From the NCBI GenBank assembly GCA_965637545.1, contig OZ281501.1, positions 11,532,001 through 11,596,000 on the forward strand: 64,000 nt of DNA, in the 5' to 3' direction. The notes below the pieces were generated by a model. The model saw only the letters and a program-made list of their open reading frames with translations, searched no databases and was not told where the DNA came from. Positions 61,301-64,000 of this stretch are shown here, piece after piece. A program made the translations under genes and the position numbers. The DNA comes from Phallusia mammillata (lineage: Eukaryota). Every line of letters starts with the position of its first letter. Position 1 is the stretch's first letter.

Positions 61301-63931
61301 TGGCGGTCTAAGCTTTGATACCGATGATTCAAAAGTCCTGAAAATTCCGTTAATACGCAAGGGTGGCTGCGGCGGTGACGTTTATATTGATTACGCCACG
61401 GCTGACGGTACGGCCACAAGCGGAGAACATTACGTTGCCACGTCGGGAAAGGCCGTTGTTGGCGATAGGGAGACGAAAGGACACATTGAAATTGATACCG
61501 TAGCATGCAAAAGAATTGAAGAGAAGTTTTTCACTATCCTCCTAACTGACCCTGAAAATAATCGTTCAGAGCAAGTCCAAGTCACATTGCAGCCCAATGA
61601 AGAACCGACAAGCTATGAATTTGACTGTAAACTGTCTAAAATAAAGGCTTGTGTCCTGGATGACGATGTCGTACGTATACCCATACGCAGAAGCAGCGAC
61701 AAATGTCAAAACTCAATTCCCCTGTCGTACAAAACAAAACCGGGATCTGCCAAACCCGACAAGCACTACACTACTAGCAAGGGCTTGGCGCAAATTCCAG
61801 AGGACTCAGACCAATGCACTATTGAGATCCCTCTTAAGAAATCGGTATACAGGCGTTCTGTGAACTTTTTTGTACATGTGAGAAATCAGATGGGTATAAT
61901 TTACGTTGTTGAGGTTGTTCTTAGTGCCACAAAGGAGGATCCACCTGGAATACTTGAGTTTTCATCACCCAATTTCACTTTCCCTGCCTTCACTGGCACA
62001 TCAGGAAACCCACAGATTTCAATCCCTATAATGCGCATGTTCGGTTCAGGTGGCGAAGTGTGCGTGGACTACTTTACCCGAGACAACACAGCTATCAACG
62101 GCAAACATTACGAGGAATCAAGCGGACAAGTTACCTTTGAAGACGGACAGACTGTTAAGGATATTGATATCAAACTGCTGCCATACAATCAGTACACAAA
62201 AGATCTGTCTTTCGTTATTGAACTTGGCTTAGCAAGTGGAGGGGCTGAAGTTGAAGGAAACTATGAGACAGAGGTTGAGCTTCGTGCTCCTCTTGACGAA
62301 AACGATCCCGGGATGCTTGGATTCGAATCCACACGGACTGTCATCTCTTCAACGCGTCTACAACAGAAGAAGAATAAACCAGTGAAAATTGAGATTCCGG
62401 TTCGTCGGACGATCGGTTGTCGTGGAGCAGTTGCTGTCGATTTTTTCACTCGTGACAATACAGCAGTCTCGGGGCAGCATTACGTTGAAACACAAGGCGA
62501 ATTGCCGTTTGCTGCTGGTGAAATCCGCAAAAGCATTAAAGTCGATCTATTGCCGGGTTCTCACTACAAAAAGCAATGCTCATTTACTGCCGAGCTCGGG
62601 GCCGCTACCGGTGATGCTGAAGTGGGTTTGTACGAAACAGAGGTGGTTTTAAACCCGCTGAGAAGGAGATCATCTGCAAGCAGTTCCAGCAGTTCGTCAA
62701 GCTCATCTAGCAGTTCATCCAGTTCGTCCGACGAAGATGTGTTTCGGTCATCGCACACAGAAATTGTGAGACGGGAGATTGGAAGTACTGCTGTGATGAC
62801 TGAACATAGTGAAATAAAAACTGTTACATTCACAACTTACCAGACTCAAACAACTTACGAGACCAGCATACACCGCCATCAAGAATTCGAAGGTAAATCT
62901 AATTTTTCACACACTCTGTTTTAATTGTGTTTTTGCATTATGGGTACATAAAGTTACCTTGTGTATTGCGGGTTTTGGAAGGCCTGTGTAAATTACTTAA
63001 TTGATTTTTCAACCAAAGTGAAGCTTAACACAGAAAATGGTCAACCTCTTTGAGTATGAAATGTATTAAGTAATTATAAGTAACAACACTATGTTCTAAT
63101 GTGAGCCAAATGGATAAAGTCGACTTTTTGTAGTAAATGTATTAAGACTATTGTTAAATCAAACTGTCAGATTTTAAGCTTCTCTAAATGAATTGAAATA
63201 ACAATAACTTTTTCTCTTTCACAGATGATGGAACAGCTGGTGAAATCGGATTTCCAGACGAGCATTATGAATTTGAACTTGGTGTTGGCACCGAAGCTGT
63301 GGTGCCGGTTGCTCGTACTTTTGGTCTGACCGGAGAAGTCACTGTTGATTGGTTTACTCGGGAAAACACAGCGGTTGCTGGTAGAGACTTTATTGAGTCC
63401 GAGGGGCAGATTACCTTCGCTCATGGTCAGCCTTCTGCGGAGATCAAGGTCCCGTTAGTAGATCCACGAAAAACCGCAGGCGAAAAATTCACTGATCGGA
63501 GTTTTATCGTTGAGTTGGGCGAACCTGATGGGGGCGCAACTATGGCTCGCTACGAGACTAACGTAGTGATTTATGGCCCCCAAGGTGATTCCTCGGCCAG
63601 AAAAGGTTGGTTATATCAAACAAAATTGTAAAAAAGTGCACAGAAAGAATTAGCTCACACTTTGTTTACAAAATATACACAAAGAAAATATCATAAAAAC
63701 CATCGTACCAATACTCAATAATATGCTGGCAGTTAATCATTTTAGTCACAAAGTCTTCGTTTTTTTGCAATTTTAGCGTCTGGCGAGGATTCGAGCCCAG
63801 GTGAACACTTGTAGCGCCGCTTTGCTTTGGAAAATGCAATTTTTAAAATAAAAAACATAAAAAACATTGCATTTTCGTTAATTCGATTTTGTTTCACAGG
63901 CAAACATCGAGCTTCGTCCAGTCGAAAATAA
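19928..63931 (+). CDS. ITGB4: Giant integrin beta4-like subunit (~7,520 aa, 75 exons): signal peptide, PSI, hybrid, betaI, I-EGF, beta-tail, TM, then about 54 Calx-beta and 2 FN3 cytoplasmic domains
   Basis: Manual exon chaining in which splice phases match throughout (GT-AG except one or two GC-AG introns). Summed CDS is 22,566 nt = 7,522 codons ending TAA at 63929-63931. The symbol reflects similarity to beta4; orthology is untested. Confidence 0.8.
28485..28682 (+). CDS. Transmembrane and juxtamembrane exon
   Basis: YSLLIILWCILLFLLIGLILLCCWRCCVYVIDKEE; ends at the donor A|GTAAGC, phase 1, matching the next acceptor at 28929. Confidence 0.92.
28929..48791 (+). CDS. Multi-exon cytoplasmic array of about 21 Calx-beta domains
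   Basis: 46 small exons (57-297 nt) repeatedly encoding G.(I/V).F...(Y/F)......IPV.R..G..G...V.W.T.D.TA..G..Y....G...F.DG.....I.IP. Domain boundaries usually fall at phase-1 introns. Confidence 0.88.
33472..33705. mobile_element. hAT MITE (234 bp) in an integrin intron
   Basis: TIRs CAGGGGTCGGCAA / TTGCCGACCACTG; perfect TSD gtttaaat. Confidence 0.92.
42595..42807. mobile_element. hAT MITE of the same family as 33472-33705, opposite orientation
   Basis: Ends CAGTGGTCGGCAA / TTGCCGACCCCTG; shared gcggaccgg motifs inverted; TSD gtttatac / gtttacac. Confidence 0.88.
45973..47689 (+). mobile_element. Internally deleted Buster/Charlie (ZBED5-like) hAT transposon in an intron
   Basis: TIRs CAGTGATTCTCAAA / TTTGAGAACCACTG; TSD ttctaaac / ctcttaac (6/8). 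Remnants: BED finger (CIVC...RHLKQNH), PLSNNTI, LQVDESTD, FLSDLFDKLNNLNSSLQG, CEYGFSAL; several stops and frameshifts. Confidence 0.88.
48929..49270 (+). CDS. Fibronectin type III domain 1 (two exons: 48929-49089, 49150-49270)
   Basis: TW.P.....PVEGYKVTYW ... LDDLQPNTSYQVNVRPFNNVGDG. Confidence 0.88.
50128..50524 (+). CDS. Fibronectin type III domain 2 (two exons: 50128-50253, 50369-50524)
   Basis: VSWEPP..GGPVEGYKV ... LTALKPSTKYRVYVQPFNKIGY. Confidence 0.88.
52588..62892 (+). CDS. Giant 10,305-nt internal exon: 29 Calx-beta domains plus a Ser/Thr-rich linker
   Basis: Acceptor tttcag|CG at 52587/8 and donor AG|GTAAAT at 62892/3; open in one frame (ORF track 3441 aa); phase 1 at both ends. 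Confidence 0.9.
54747..59210 (+). repeat. Coding tandem array: 1,032-bp (344-aa, three-domain A-B-C) unit, about 4.3 copies
   Basis: Near-identical units; shadow ORFs recur at 55413, 56445, 57477 and 58509 (exact 1032-bp step). Confidence 0.95.
63225..63931 (+). CDS. Terminal exons: last Calx-beta (63225-63584), 24-nt micro-exon (63777-63800), stop exon (63900-63931)
   Basis: All phase 1 with AG/GT boundaries; predicted end ...ASGEDSSPGKHRASSSRK*. ATTAAA at 63995-64000 could be the poly(A) signal. Confidence 0.6.
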
Positions 63932-64000
63932 CCTTTGTATTACTAACTGTGTGCTTTGTAAATAACCTAGAAAAGCTACATACTTTACTTTACCATTAAA

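Noticed and set aside
52599-62924. The 3441-aa ORF as a stand-alone gene or a horizontally acquired bacterial Calx-beta adhesin
   Set aside because: It starts at GTG with no signal peptide, is bounded by phase-matched splice sites, and continues the domain series of the flanking spliced exons; there are no RTX or secretion motifs.
28929-63931. ADGRV1/VLGR1, FRAS1/FREM or Na/Ca exchanger gene
   Set aside because: No 7TM/GAIN, CSPG or exchanger TM segments, and no separate signal peptide; the array follows the integrin TM exon in frame.
1-64000. tRNA, rRNA or CRISPR features
   Set aside because: None recognised by eye; not excluded without tRNAscan-SE or Infernal.

Overview
AT-rich, intron-dense animal DNA. 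Small GT-AG introns and Charlie-type MITEs suggest a compact invertebrate chordate such as an ascidian; this is inference, not shown by the sequence. The window has three parts. (1) 383-3790 (-): the 5' end of a secreted calcium-binding-EGF array gene, with a signal peptide, 8 EGF exons and an RGD in EGF1. (2) About 4800-17800: a stack of nested transposons, namely hAT MITEs, a decayed intron-containing hAT transposase, and a full-length BEL/Pao retrotransposon with matching 627-bp LTRs, a 5-bp TSD and one in-frame stop. (3) 19928-63931 (+): one apparently complete integrin beta gene that I assembled by hand as 75 phase-compatible exons (22,566 nt, about 7,520 aa). Its ectodomain has integrin beta4-type signatures. 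After the transmembrane helix comes a ~6,700-aa cytoplasmic tail of about 54 Calx-beta domains (my count) plus 2 FN3 domains, versus 1 annotated Calx-beta and 4 FN3 in human beta4. Twenty-nine of these domains sit in one 10,305-nt, frame-symmetric exon that contains a young 1,032-bp tandem array. This giant-tailed beta4-like integrin is the standout system. The splice model is unverified by RNA data.
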